Positions 38,169 to 47,502 of a stretch of DNA of 64,000 nucleotides are shown in pieces. The position numbers and the translations under genes are program-made. The notes beneath the pieces are model-generated. The model made no database searches. It saw only the letters and a list, made by a program, of their open reading frames with translations, and was not told where the DNA came from. The DNA comes from Candidatus Peribacteria bacterium (lineage in GTDB: Bacteria > Patescibacteriota > Gracilibacteria > Peribacterales > Peribacteraceae), in NCBI GenBank assembly GCA_023245775.1, contig JAHFJR010000003.1:3608-67607 (forward strand), read 5' to 3'. Positions within the stretch are counted from its first letter, which is position 1, and every line of letters begins with the position of its first letter.

Positions 38169-38864
38169 ATGACCGCAATTGTCCTCAGTTACAAGCGTCC
38201 GCAAAATATGGATGCGATTGTCCGTTCACTTCTTGCAACACCGTCCGTCGGAACCGTCATCGTTTCGAACAACAATCCGGAGATTTCCATTGAAAAGTGG
38301 ATCATGATCCAAGACTCGCGTCTTCGGATCCTCAACCAGAAAGAGCATCGCTGTACGCCCGAACGGATGCACATCGCCTCACGATGTCCGGGGGAACTCT
38401 TTCTGACGGTCGATGATGATCTCTTCCTGCGGCCGGATCAGTATGAGATCGTCTGCACTGCACTGCGTTCCGATCCTACACGCGTGCATGGCATGTTCGG
38501 TACCGATTGCACATCGGATGGAAGCTTTCTGACCATTCGAACGGGAGACCGTGATGTGGACATCCTGAATCGTATCTATGGCTTCTCCCAAACACATGTT
38601 TCGGCGTTCGCTGCACTCGTAAAATCACTGCGATCTTCCGGTATATCCGTGCCGGAGAACGACAATACATGGGATGACATCATCCTCAGTTTTTCTGGCA
38701 CAGGAAGGCCGCGGAGTCATCACATCGGTTGCTACCTCGATTGCCCGACGCAGGGAACCAGACACATTGCCGTCTGGAGAGAGGATGGATTTTTTGAAAA
38801 GAGAAGAAAGCTCTACGGAACACTGCTGGGAATGGATATGCGCCAAGTACACCGCAACGCCTGA
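38169..38864 (+). CDS. Glycosyltransferase family 2-like protein
   Basis: AAGGAG SD lies before the ATG at 38169 (2-nt spacer). MTAIVLSYKRPQN start and LTVDDDL (DxD) motif. Confidence 0.75.
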   Translation: MTAIVLSYKRPQNMDAIVRSLLATPSVGTVIVSNNNPEISIEKWIMIQDSRLRILNQKEHRCTPERMHIASRCPGELFLTVDDDLFLRPDQYEIVCTALRSDPTRVHGMFGTDCTSDGSFLTIRTGDRDVDILNRIYGFSQTHVSAFAALVKSLRSSGISVPENDNTWDDIILSFSGTGRPRSHHIGCYLDCPTQGTRHIAVWREDGFFEKRRKLYGTLLGMDMRQVHRNA

Positions 38865-38868
38865 AGCA

Positions 38869-39867
38869 TCAGGCTTGCTCCGCATGCGCCGCTGCAAGTT
38901 CTTCCGCAACCGAAAGTAGGAGCGACCATGGGTCCGTCGGTTTCGGCAACAAGCGCAACGTCATGGTGTCGGATACAGGATCTTCGATGGTGACATCATC
39001 TACGTCGGTTGCCCTCGACATTTCTCCAGACACGCCGAATTTTTCCAACGTACAACCTTGACGCTCGACGTCGATCAGCCGTTCCCATTGGGATACCGTT
39101 GCATATTCAAGCGCCATGCGCTTCAGATCGAGAACAGAAAGTTCCTGATGATTCTTCAATGCGTCGTACATGACCTTCCATTGGTAACAACCGCCCTTCA
39201 CTCTCGTCGGATCTGCACTGTAACTGAGCCAGCCGGCAATGGTTTTATTCATGATCTGGAAAGCGCTCCTGACCGGAAAATGTGCCAGATGAAGATTCTG
39301 TGCTGGATATATCGGACTCTCTGACGTCCCTCTTTGCAGGAGCCCGTGATTCCCGAACCCGATGCCGCAACGCTGGTCGGTTGCCAGTTCGGAGGGAATC
39401 AGGATTTTGTACCACTGAGGATCTTCGATCCTCCGACGATGCCTGATGCGGCGATATGGAGGCAATGAACCGTCGTCCTCGGGCAACGGCACATACGTTC
39501 GCCAAGGCAGAAGATGCACAACATTCCGATCATACTCCTGCAAAACCGAATGCAGATCGGTCCCTTTCTCAAGAACAAGACACTCGTCCGCATCGATCGG
39601 CAGAATCCAGTCTGGCGGATTCTCGCCGGTCATCAGTTCATGCAAAATCTCGGTCAACGCTTCCGATTGCCGATGCAGCAGAGACCTGTCTTCACGGACA
39701 TCAATCGACAGGTCCTCGTCCTGTAATGATTTCAAAATATCGCCTGAGTTATCTTCGCTCCGATGATTGATGATGATCATCCGGTCCACCAGCGCACAGT
39801 GGTGGCGCACGAAAGATTCGAGGATGTCACACTCGTTCCGGACCCAACTGATACTGACGATCTTCAT
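38869..39867 (-). CDS. Glycosyltransferase family 2 protein (Glyco_tranf_2_4-like)
   Basis: KIVSISWVRNECDILESFVRHHCALVDRMIIINHRSEDNSGDIL and PIDADE. Confidence 0.75.
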   Translation of the reverse strand: MKIVSISWVRNECDILESFVRHHCALVDRMIIINHRSEDNSGDILKSLQDEDLSIDVREDRSLLHRQSEALTEILHELMTGENPPDWILPIDADECLVLEKGTDLHSVLQEYDRNVVHLLPWRTYVPLPEDDGSLPPYRRIRHRRRIEDPQWYKILIPSELATDQRCGIGFGNHGLLQRGTSESPIYPAQNLHLAHFPVRSAFQIMNKTIAGWLSYSADPTRVKGGCYQWKVMYDALKNHQELSVLDLKRMALEYATVSQWERLIDVERQGCTLEKFGVSGEMSRATDVDDVTIEDPVSDTMTLRLLPKPTDPWSLLLSVAEELAAAHAEQA

Positions 39868-39882
39868 GGAGAGCAGGAGAAA

Positions 39883-40509
39883 TTATTTCTTCTGAAGGAG
39901 AATCTGATACTCCTGATGCAGGATCGTATACTGTCCTTGAAAGACGTTCAGAAATGCGTCGATGCCCATTCTCGGATTTTTGAGCGGCTGGTCGAGAAAC
40001 ATCTGCCACAAGTAGTCATCGAGGACCATCACACCGTCGTCTGTCAGTAGATCCCAGCAGAGGATCATATCCCTCAGAACGTTCGGAGCCCGATGTGATC
40101 CGTCGATGTAGATGCAATGATAGGTTCTCGAAGGCAACGTGCGAAGAACATACTTCGAATCTCCCTTGCATTTGATCACACGGTGCTCGGCATGCAGAGC
40201 CTTGATGTTATGATCGAAATTTTCTTCAGAGGAGACGTTCTTGGGAATGGCATCGCGCAAGGTAGGAGAGTGGATGAAAATGTCTCGATGCTCTTCGGAC
40301 ACCTGCCCCTTCGACGGAAAGAGGTCGATACACGTAAGCTTGGAACTCGGATTGGTGAGAATGTTCTGAAGGAGCCAACATGCAGATCTTCCTTCGAAAC
40401 TACCGATCTCCAGAAACTGCAGCGAAGGTTTGCCACGAAATCGCGCGAGGTGCTCTGTCCAGATGGGAATGTTGCCAGTGAACCAGTCGCTGCTGAAACG
40501 GAGTGCCAT
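39883..40509 (-). CDS. Class I SAM-dependent methyltransferase (Methyltransf_24-like)
   Basis: FLEIGSFEGRSACWLL, IYIDGSH and VMVLDDY. ATG at 40509. Confidence 0.75.
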   Translation of the reverse strand: MALRFSSDWFTGNIPIWTEHLARFRGKPSLQFLEIGSFEGRSACWLLQNILTNPSSKLTCIDLFPSKGQVSEEHRDIFIHSPTLRDAIPKNVSSEENFDHNIKALHAEHRVIKCKGDSKYVLRTLPSRTYHCIYIDGSHRAPNVLRDMILCWDLLTDDGVMVLDDYLWQMFLDQPLKNPRMGIDAFLNVFQGQYTILHQEYQILLQKK

Positions 40510-40568
40510 GCGTACAGTGTAGAAGAAGGAGGAAGTGAGTTGTAGCTGAGAACTTTTTCGCGGTAGAT

Positions 40569-40596
40569 TTGCAAAATAATATAAATATGTTATAAT
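40569..40596 (+). promoter_or_regulatory. Strong promoter TTGCAA-N16-(TGt)TATAAT placing +1 at or next to the vanW-like ATG (leaderless)
   Basis: -35 at 40569-40574, an extended -10 TG at 40588-40589, TATAAT at 40591-40596 and ATG at 40604. Confidence 0.55.
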
Positions 40597-40603
40597 ATGT
40601 TTC

Positions 40604-41977
40604 ATGAACACACAAGAAAGCATGGGTTCGCGTCGTGCACATCTGGAGAAAGCAGGAGTGTCTGGTGTTCTTGTGATCGGTATGCTCGTTGCTCTTGGCT
40701 TCGGTTCGTGGTCGTCTCTCGGAGTGTCGGTTGCTCCTCTCTCTGCTGATGCGGCGCGCATGAGAAATGCGGAGCAGCTGACCGCTTTGAATATCAGCGA
40801 TGCCACCTTGAAGCGTAGGCAATTCCTGAAGCGATCGACCACAATTTCTTTCACCGCAGGCACAGGGGGAACGGTTGCTCGATGGACAGTCTCTCTCGCT
40901 GAGCACCCATCGTGGATCATCTTCGAGCCAGAGGGCCCAGATCACATCCATGCCATGATCAGTGCCGAACGTATTCGCAGTGATCTCCTCCTCCATCCGG
41001 TTGCCGATCTCCCTGGGGCGACGTCGTGCAGGATCATTCGTGAAGCCAAAGATGCACAGGGTGTCGTGCGTGCTCAGACCGATTGCATCGCGAGCGAGGG
41101 GTATCGTTACGATGTGGTGTCGCTTGCAGTGCTGACGAAGGACGCACTGGAGTCGGGGACTGCGAATGTCTCTTTCCCCGTCGAGCCAGTCGCACCAAGC
41201 ATTCTGGCGAGTGGTCAGAGTGGCGCCGAGATTGTCACGACATTACAACTCCTTGCCACCGGCCGGTCGAACTTCAAGGGGTCGGGTGAAGGGCGCAAGG
41301 CCAATGTCAGAAAAGCGCTCAATGAACATGTGAATAATGTGATCGTTCCAAAGGGAGCGACCTTCTCCTTCAACAGCGTGCTTGGAGACAAGGTGAGTGT
41401 TTCGCGTGGTTGGCATATGGCATTGACGATCTTCAATGGTGTGGACCTGAAGCCAGCCCCAGGGGGTGGTATCTGCCAGGCTTCTACGACACTCTACCGC
41501 GCAGCACTTCAAGCAGGGTTTCCGATCCTCGCACATAAGAGTCATAGTCTCTACGTCGTGTATTACGAGAAGTATGGCGTTGGCCTCGATGCCACGGTGT
41601 TCCCAGGTCAGCAGGACATGACCTTCGTCAACGATTCGTCTGGGCCTCTGCTCCTCCAATCCTACAATCGTGGGGATGATGCGTACGTCCAGATTTATGG
41701 CATCGATGATCATCGTGCTGTGACGATGACTGGTCCCTACTTTGCTTCGACAGCGCCGAAGGATCTACGGAAGGACAATGGACACGCGATTGCAAGGAAT
41801 GAGATCGCATGGCAACGGACCGTGGTGATGCCGACGGGGGAGCAGAAACAAGAGCTCTTCGTTGCACGGTACCAGGCCATCCCGCGCTCGCTCGCCGGCC
41901 GTTCTCCGGCGACAACGCTGCACGTGCGCGGACTTCCGGACATCGCTTCCGTCGTGACCGTTGCAGAGAACCGTTAG
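40604..41977 (+). CDS. VanW domain-containing protein
   Basis: N-terminal TM segment. GGGICQASTTLYRAALQAGFPI...H...Y...G.DATV matches the VanW core. Confidence 0.85.
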   Translation: MNTQESMGSRRAHLEKAGVSGVLVIGMLVALGFGSWSSLGVSVAPLSADAARMRNAEQLTALNISDATLKRRQFLKRSTTISFTAGTGGTVARWTVSLAEHPSWIIFEPEGPDHIHAMISAERIRSDLLLHPVADLPGATSCRIIREAKDAQGVVRAQTDCIASEGYRYDVVSLAVLTKDALESGTANVSFPVEPVAPSILASGQSGAEIVTTLQLLATGRSNFKGSGEGRKANVRKALNEHVNNVIVPKGATFSFNSVLGDKVSVSRGWHMALTIFNGVDLKPAPGGGICQASTTLYRAALQAGFPILAHKSHSLYVVYYEKYGVGLDATVFPGQQDMTFVNDSSGPLLLQSYNRGDDAYVQIYGIDDHRAVTMTGPYFASTAPKDLRKDNGHAIARNEIAWQRTVVMPTGEQKQELFVARYQAIPRSLAGRSPATTLHVRGLPDIASVVTVAENR

Positions 41978-42777
41978 CCTTGCTTCGTTCGTCTCCAAGC
42001 GACCATCGCACCTATGAGATAGCCGAGGTACGACACAAGTTGGAGGACCGTAGGATGGTCACTGTATCCGAAGAGCGATTCGAGCATGCCTCCGATGGCT
42101 CCTTCCTCTGGCAGGATCGTCGACATATTCCACGCGTGCGATTGTAAGACCGTCACGAGGTGTGCCTCTTGCAAGGCGCCGATGCCGTGTGACACGAGTC
42201 CGGCACCTACAAATAGCAAGAGGAGTGCTGTCGAGGTGAAGAATGTTCTCAGTGGCAGTTGTCGGCTACCGCGGAAGAGGAGGACGGCAAGGAGCAGCGC
42301 CCCCGTGATCCCTGCAAGGACTCCGGTGAGGTGATGAATATTGGATTTCGCGCTCAGAAAAGCTGCATGTAGAAAGAGCACCATCTCGGTCCCTTCACGC
42401 GCCATCGAGGTGAAGCTCAGCAGAAAGATGCCGAGGTACTGATCGTTACTCGCGTAGGCTGTGAGGTCTCGTTCGAGAGATGCACGCATCGACCTTCCCA
42501 TCCGCATCATCCAGAGGATCATCCACGTGAGGAGTACTGCAGCGGAGAGCATCATGCAGCCCTCGTAGATCTCTTTCGCCTCATCCGTCAGGTGTGTGGA
42601 GAATGACTGGAAGATCACTGCAACGGCAATACTGACGGCGCCGCCGCACCCAACCCCCATCCAGACGTACCTCTGCTCACGCTTGCGGCCGAGTCTTGTG
42701 AGGAGTGTCAGGAGAATGCCGACAATCAACGAGGTCTCGAGCGTTTCTCGCAGTGAGATCAATGTTGCAGAAAACAT
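41974..42777 (-). CDS. FTR1/EfeU family iron permease
   Basis: Two RExxE motifs (LRETLETS and AREGTEMV) in a 7-TM-like profile. ATG at 42777. Confidence 0.8.
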   Translation of the reverse strand: MFSATLISLRETLETSLIVGILLTLLTRLGRKREQRYVWMGVGCGGAVSIAVAVIFQSFSTHLTDEAKEIYEGCMMLSAAVLLTWMILWMMRMGRSMRASLERDLTAYASNDQYLGIFLLSFTSMAREGTEMVLFLHAAFLSAKSNIHHLTGVLAGITGALLLAVLLFRGSRQLPLRTFFTSTALLLLFVGAGLVSHGIGALQEAHLVTVLQSHAWNMSTILPEEGAIGGMLESLFGYSDHPTVLQLVSYLGYLIGAMVAWRRTKQG

Positions 42778-43031
42778 AGAGCAGGGTAGGGAAGTGCGGA
42801 GCTGAATGTGTCCGCCGGTACCATAGGAAATCATAGGAGAGGAATGTTGCGGACGCAATGAGCAAATGCCCTAGGTACTGTTCACATATACCTTGGCTCT
42901 CAGATTCAATTCCATGCGTCTCCGCACCCCGAACGGGTGCTCCTGTGGTGGAAGTATTTCTAGAATCAAACGGAGCAGGTGTTCGACCTGCGTTGACGAA
43001 GAATTGGAGTCTAAAAGTATGTGAACAGTAC

Positions 43032-44450
43032 CTAGACCATCGGCAGCCTCACCGTCACAGTCGTGCCTCTGCCTTCGGTACTCTTGATACCGATGCTTCC
43101 TCCCGAGCGTTCGATGATGCCATTCACGATGTACAGACCCAGTCCGTTGCCGTCAGCTTTGAACTTCGTCGCATTGGATCCACGTGTAAATTCATCGAAG
43201 ATTCTGTGCATGTCTTGCTTCGGGATTCCGCAGCCAACGTCTTCGATCTCGAAGATTGCCGTACGTCCTTCTGTACGTGAGCGGAGAACGATCTCTGCAT
43301 TCTCTGGAGAGAAGTCGATCGCATTATTGAGGAGTTCCAACGCAACGCCAGCAATGAGTTTCGGATCGAGACGCATGGTGATGTTCTCCATCAGATCAAG
43401 ACGTACACGTTGTCCGCGACTGGCCAGTCGTGCTCCTGCTTCGTTGGCCATCTCTTTCAGGACCGATGTCAGGGAGGCGAACTCTGGTTTGTAGTCGATC
43501 TTTCCGGCGTGCACGAGATCTGCCTCCTTCAATGTTTTCAGGATGCTCGTCAGTCGCTTGACACCTTCTTGGATATTGGCGATGGATCGTTGGATGGACT
43601 GTGGACCATCTTCTTCCAGTTCCTGCAGAGACCAACTGATGATGGTGAGTGGACCGCCAAGTTGGTGGAAGGCGAGACGCATCAACCCAGATCGTTCGGT
43701 ATCGAGGCGTTCGAGATTCTCGACTCTGCGTTTCGATAGGAAGAGGATCATGCTGCTTGCGAGGCAGAGTGCGGCGAGAGTGATGAGGAGGAATGCAACA
43801 GGGGAGAAGATGCTCTGCGTAAGTTGAATGTATTCATCTGCTGCCATGTCGAGTCCTAGGATTCCAACGATCTTTCCCTGCTTCGTGCGGATGGGAGCGT
43901 ATCCCGAGACGGTTCCCCCCCACTGATCCTTCGTCACACTCCTGTCGACGGCAGCATGAAGGAAAGCCTCATGAGCAATCTCTGGAATATCGGTCGTGTC
44001 GTACAGGTCTCCTGGGTGTGATGTCTCTTCCTCTGGATCGACCTTCCCATTCTGATTGCGATCGAGCTCTTGATCCGTGAGGGCGAGGTCGGCATCTGCT
44101 ACGAATTTCAGGAACGTCGGATGCTCTGTGCGCTTCATGATGTAGGCGAAACGGATATGGGTGATCGCTTCGCGAATGGCTTGCAGTTTCAAGACGGTGT
44201 CACGGAGAGCAGCGGAATTGTTCATCGTGTCTTTGTCTCGGATCTTCAGGATCTGGTCACCGTCGAACTGCATCACTGCAGCAGCAGCTGTGCTACGCAG
44301 TGTATCTTTGAGCTGTGATTCCATCATGGACTGTCCTCGGTAGTAGAAGAAACTGCCCGCAAACAACAGGATGAGCAGAATGCTGATAGGGATCATGATC
44401 GCAGGCAGCACGCTCGGAACACGTCGGTAGATTTTGGAGTGGGTGTGCAT
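43032..44450 (-). CDS. Sensor histidine kinase (orphan; no response regulator in the window)
   Basis: N-terminal TM, extracytoplasmic domain and second TM. H-box LAFHQLGGPLT, plus N and G boxes (NNAIDFS, DVGCGIP, GNGLGLYIV). Confidence 0.9.
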   Translation of the reverse strand: MHTHSKIYRRVPSVLPAIMIPISILLILLFAGSFFYYRGQSMMESQLKDTLRSTAAAAVMQFDGDQILKIRDKDTMNNSAALRDTVLKLQAIREAITHIRFAYIMKRTEHPTFLKFVADADLALTDQELDRNQNGKVDPEEETSHPGDLYDTTDIPEIAHEAFLHAAVDRSVTKDQWGGTVSGYAPIRTKQGKIVGILGLDMAADEYIQLTQSIFSPVAFLLITLAALCLASSMILFLSKRRVENLERLDTERSGLMRLAFHQLGGPLTIISWSLQELEEDGPQSIQRSIANIQEGVKRLTSILKTLKEADLVHAGKIDYKPEFASLTSVLKEMANEAGARLASRGQRVRLDLMENITMRLDPKLIAGVALELLNNAIDFSPENAEIVLRSRTEGRTAIFEIEDVGCGIPKQDMHRIFDEFTRGSNATKFKADGNGLGLYIVNGIIERSGGSIGIKSTEGRGTTVTVRLPMV

Positions 44451-44549
44451 GTGGAGATTTCATGAAAGTATACCAGAAAATTGATAGGTGTGCCACATCA
44501 ACAGGCCACAGAACAATGGATGCATTCATGTTTCAAACGCGAAGTGGTA

Positions 44550-45332
44550 TCAGTACTGATAACAGTTCCTCGTATTCACCGTGGCGCCGAGACAGGCTGC
44601 ATAACATGCGTTGAAATAGACCTGTCCTTCCTTCGTGCAGACCGGCGCGTACTGGCTCGGGCAGGTACACGGTGAGGTGTTACTGAAGGCGTTATTGCAG
44701 ATGGGTGTGACGCTTGGGCAGCCGTTGCTATCGGTTCCGAACTGGTAGCTGCATCCGGGAGGTGGCTGTGAGAGCGGGCGCTGCGTGCAACTGCCGGCAC
44801 CATGGTACTCATCACGATATCCCCCATAGGGAGCACCGTAGTAGGAGGAGCCGTAGTTCAGTGGGTAGTACGATGGAGGGCCGAACGTCGTTGGGGTGTA
44901 CGCGGGCGGGATCGATTCGGGGATGGCCGAGGCATAACACTCGCTGCGCTTGCGCTGGTAGACGTTCCAGACATCGGACGTTCGCATCGAGAAATTGCGC
45001 CACTTCTGACTACTCTCGTACGAGAAGTTCGACTGTGCTCTGGAGAGTTCATTCTGCCGTACGGACAGGTCGCTGTATCCGAGAGCATCGAACTCCTGAT
45101 GTTCCTGTGTATCGATGACTCCATTCATCTCATCCCGCAGTCTGTTTTGGGCATCTTTCAGTTGGTCTCTGCGCTCGCGGCCGGCTTGCCGAAGGCATTC
45201 GATGTCATTCATCTCAGCGAAGACCGGGAACACCTTGAATACGAGTTGGAGAGCAAGTAGAAGCGAGAAGAACACAGCAGAACGCCGGAGGAAGGGCACA
45301 AGTGTAGTCATAAGGGGAGTAGTGTAGACCAT
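44550..45332 (-). CDS. Secreted/anchored protein with a Tyr/Gly/Pro-rich segment and a C-terminal Kazal-like Cys-rich domain
   Basis: N-terminal hydrophobic segment. C-terminal CTCPSQYAPVCTKEGQVYFNACYAACLG fits C-x6-PVC-x4-G-x2-Y-x-N-x-C-x3-C. Confidence 0.7.
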   Translation of the reverse strand: MVYTTPLMTTLVPFLRRSAVFFSLLLALQLVFKVFPVFAEMNDIECLRQAGRERRDQLKDAQNRLRDEMNGVIDTQEHQEFDALGYSDLSVRQNELSRAQSNFSYESSQKWRNFSMRTSDVWNVYQRKRSECYASAIPESIPPAYTPTTFGPPSYYPLNYGSSYYGAPYGGYRDEYHGAGSCTQRPLSQPPPGCSYQFGTDSNGCPSVTPICNNAFSNTSPCTCPSQYAPVCTKEGQVYFNACYAACLGATVNTRNCYQY

Positions 45333-45377
45333 CGATATCTTTTTAGTCTAGAGGAAGTTGCACATACTCTTGTTGGT

Positions 45378-46229
45378 CTATGAACTCTCCTCCGAGAGAT
45401 CACCGTAGGAACACAGTTGGATTTCCCGCTCTACGAGCTCCTCGCGGATCGACTCATCGAGGAGCATGCGCAGTTCCGTTTGTCGTTGCGGGTCTAGGTC
45501 GAACGACGTGCCGATCGTGATGGCGCTGCCAGGATGCACCATGAGTTCCGTCGTCCCAGGCAGGAGCCTTCCGATGATGTGGCGGAGGTTTTTGAGCGAC
45601 GCATGACCAGCGAGGGTGAGACCGCGGAAATGGTCCGTTGAGTCGATGCCGTACGCGCGGTACATGTCTCTGGCAGACCTGGATACTTCATTGATCTTGC
45701 GAGTACGTTCGAGTTGGTCGTCTGGAACAATGTACCCGAAGGGTGGCAGCGGTTCCTCGAGTGGCATTCTGATCCATCGCAGCCCGTAGCGTTCCATTAC
45801 CGGAATCAGTGCAGAAGCGACGGCCGGGTGCGTGTGGAGATGATGATGACTATCGAGATGCGTCGGTGAACCAACGGTATCGAAGAACCACTCGATCTGT
45901 GCGCGGATCTCGCGCTCGAGGTGCTCTGGTGCAATCACACCCTCTTCGAGGAGGATTGCGAGCCTTTCTCGATCGTGGAACATGCCGTTTCCTGCGAGGA
46001 GGGATTCGATACTGTCCTTTCTCGAGAGCGGATACTCTTCCGTGAGATTCAGGTGGAGCCCTATTGTAAGCCCTTTCTCGCGTGCCTGTTTGCCAGCGCG
46101 ATCTGAGTCTGATGTATTTGCGAGAAGTGTTGCACTGGTGACGACGCCAAACTCGAAGCACTGAAAGATCCCATGCGAGCGTTGTGGATTGGCACCCAGA
46201 TCGTCAGCGTTGATGATGAGACGGCGCAT
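45378..46229 (-). CDS. YdjC/ChbG-family carbohydrate deacetylase
   Basis: MRRLIINADDLGANP start and H.H.H (LDSHHHLHTHP). ATG at 46229. Confidence 0.85.
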   Translation of the reverse strand: MRRLIINADDLGANPQRSHGIFQCFEFGVVTSATLLANTSDSDRAGKQAREKGLTIGLHLNLTEEYPLSRKDSIESLLAGNGMFHDRERLAILLEEGVIAPEHLEREIRAQIEWFFDTVGSPTHLDSHHHLHTHPAVASALIPVMERYGLRWIRMPLEEPLPPFGYIVPDDQLERTRKINEVSRSARDMYRAYGIDSTDHFRGLTLAGHASLKNLRHIIGRLLPGTTELMVHPGSAITIGTSFDLDPQRQTELRMLLDESIREELVEREIQLCSYGDLSEESS

Positions 46230-46251
46230 GCAAACAAGTTGAGGGGAGGGG

Positions 46252-46629
46252 TTAGGGGGAGGGGCGCGAAGCGCAGAAACTGTACGGTGTGATCTCATAC
46301 CCACTCCGCCTCTCAGGATCATAGGCACAGTGATCCAGTGGTTTGGTCTTCGTGACGCTCGAGCAGGGCCTCGTGCAGACGATGCGTCCATTCTGGTTGC
46401 ATTCAATGGCTCTCGATAATCGCGACTTCATCGCGACTCTGCAGAACGAATGTGCGTCCTTCTTCGGTGTGCAGTTTGTTACTTTCTTCGCCGTCGTCTG
46501 ATAGAAATCACAGGCGATCTTGTTCGGGTAGGGTCCGATCTGCGTTGCTGTCATCGCCAATGCGGGCATGGCAGTCGTGAGACTGAACACGAAGCAGACA
46601 CTCAGGAACAGAGCGGATTTGCTATCCAT
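46252..46629 (-). CDS. Small secreted Cys-rich hypothetical protein
   Basis: Signal peptide ...TTAMPALA-MT and 8 Cys in the mature part. Confidence 0.55.
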   Translation of the reverse strand: MDSKSALFLSVCFVFSLTTAMPALAMTATQIGPYPNKIACDFYQTTAKKVTNCTPKKDAHSFCRVAMKSRLSRAIECNQNGRIVCTRPCSSVTKTKPLDHCAYDPERRSGYEITPYSFCASRPSP

Positions 46630-46845
46630 ACGCGCGATTCTACGCTTCTGTAGCGTATGATACCAATCTGCAATAAAAACGTTACTATTCGCTTTCCGTT
46701 AGCGACATCCTCTCGTACCGCGAAGCGTTTGCTCTCTCCAAGAATAGCAAAAGCAACCTTCGTTCCATTTGTCATGTTTCAAACGCGAAGTGGTATGAAC
46801 AAGGCACGTCCTCAACGAATCTTCTGCGCCAACGCTCAGACCATG

Positions 46846-47295
46846 TCATGAGACAGGTCGCTTCAGGAGCCTGCTCGTGAGTTCCGGATGTCTGATCCAT
46901 CCGATGATGAGGAGGAAGGCGAACGTGATGTAAATGGGCAGAGCCTCCATGTTCGAAAATCCGTGCGTCAGGTTCGTCGCGAGTGCGCCACCCATGTACC
47001 CGACGAGCAGGATGAATCCGATCGTCGAAGTGCGAGGGATGAGGAAGAGGAGGACGATGGAGAGTTCCAGCACGCCGAGTGCGTGGTCGAGTGTTACAGT
47101 GATGCCGAGCTTGCTCATCATCGCTTCTGGCGGAGAACCGGGGGCGACGGGCATGAATTTCATGACACCTGCGAAGAGATTGAAGGCCGCGACGAGGAAC
47201 ACGGAGACGCCGCTCAGAACGGAAGAGAAACGGAGTTTCATACAGAGGATGGAGGAAGGAGAAAACGAAATGGAGTATAGCAAGATGACCTTCAC
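46846..47295 (-). CDS. DoxX-family membrane protein
   Basis: Four TM segments. GVLELSIVLLFLIPRTSTIGFILLVGYMGGA is typical of DoxX-like proteins. Confidence 0.75.
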   Translation of the reverse strand: MKVILLYSISFSPSSILCMKLRFSSVLSGVSVFLVAAFNLFAGVMKFMPVAPGSPPEAMMSKLGITVTLDHALGVLELSIVLLFLIPRTSTIGFILLVGYMGGALATNLTHGFSNMEALPIYITFAFLLIIGWIRHPELTSRLLKRPVS

Positions 47296-47388
47296 TGAAC
47301 ATTGACATATCCTTATTTTTTATTAGAATACATTGCTCTGCGTTCTGCGCAGAGGAATGGTCTTTGATAGCAACGGTGACGATGAAAA

Positions 47389-47436
47389 CCATTGCGGCAG
47401 AGTGCATAGGGAGACCTATCCAGTCTGCCGCAATGG
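47389..47436. promoter_or_regulatory. Perfect 12-bp inverted repeat (CCATTGCGGCAG-N24-CTGCCGCAATGG) in the divergent intergenic region
   Basis: Arms at 47389-47400 and 47425-47436. The loop contains a nested TAGG/CCTA stem. Confidence 0.5.
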
Positions 47437-47502
47437 CAACACCAGCCGGTCCGCACATCGCAGATCGGTGGTGAACTACTTTTTTGGAGCTCGAGACGAA
47501 TC

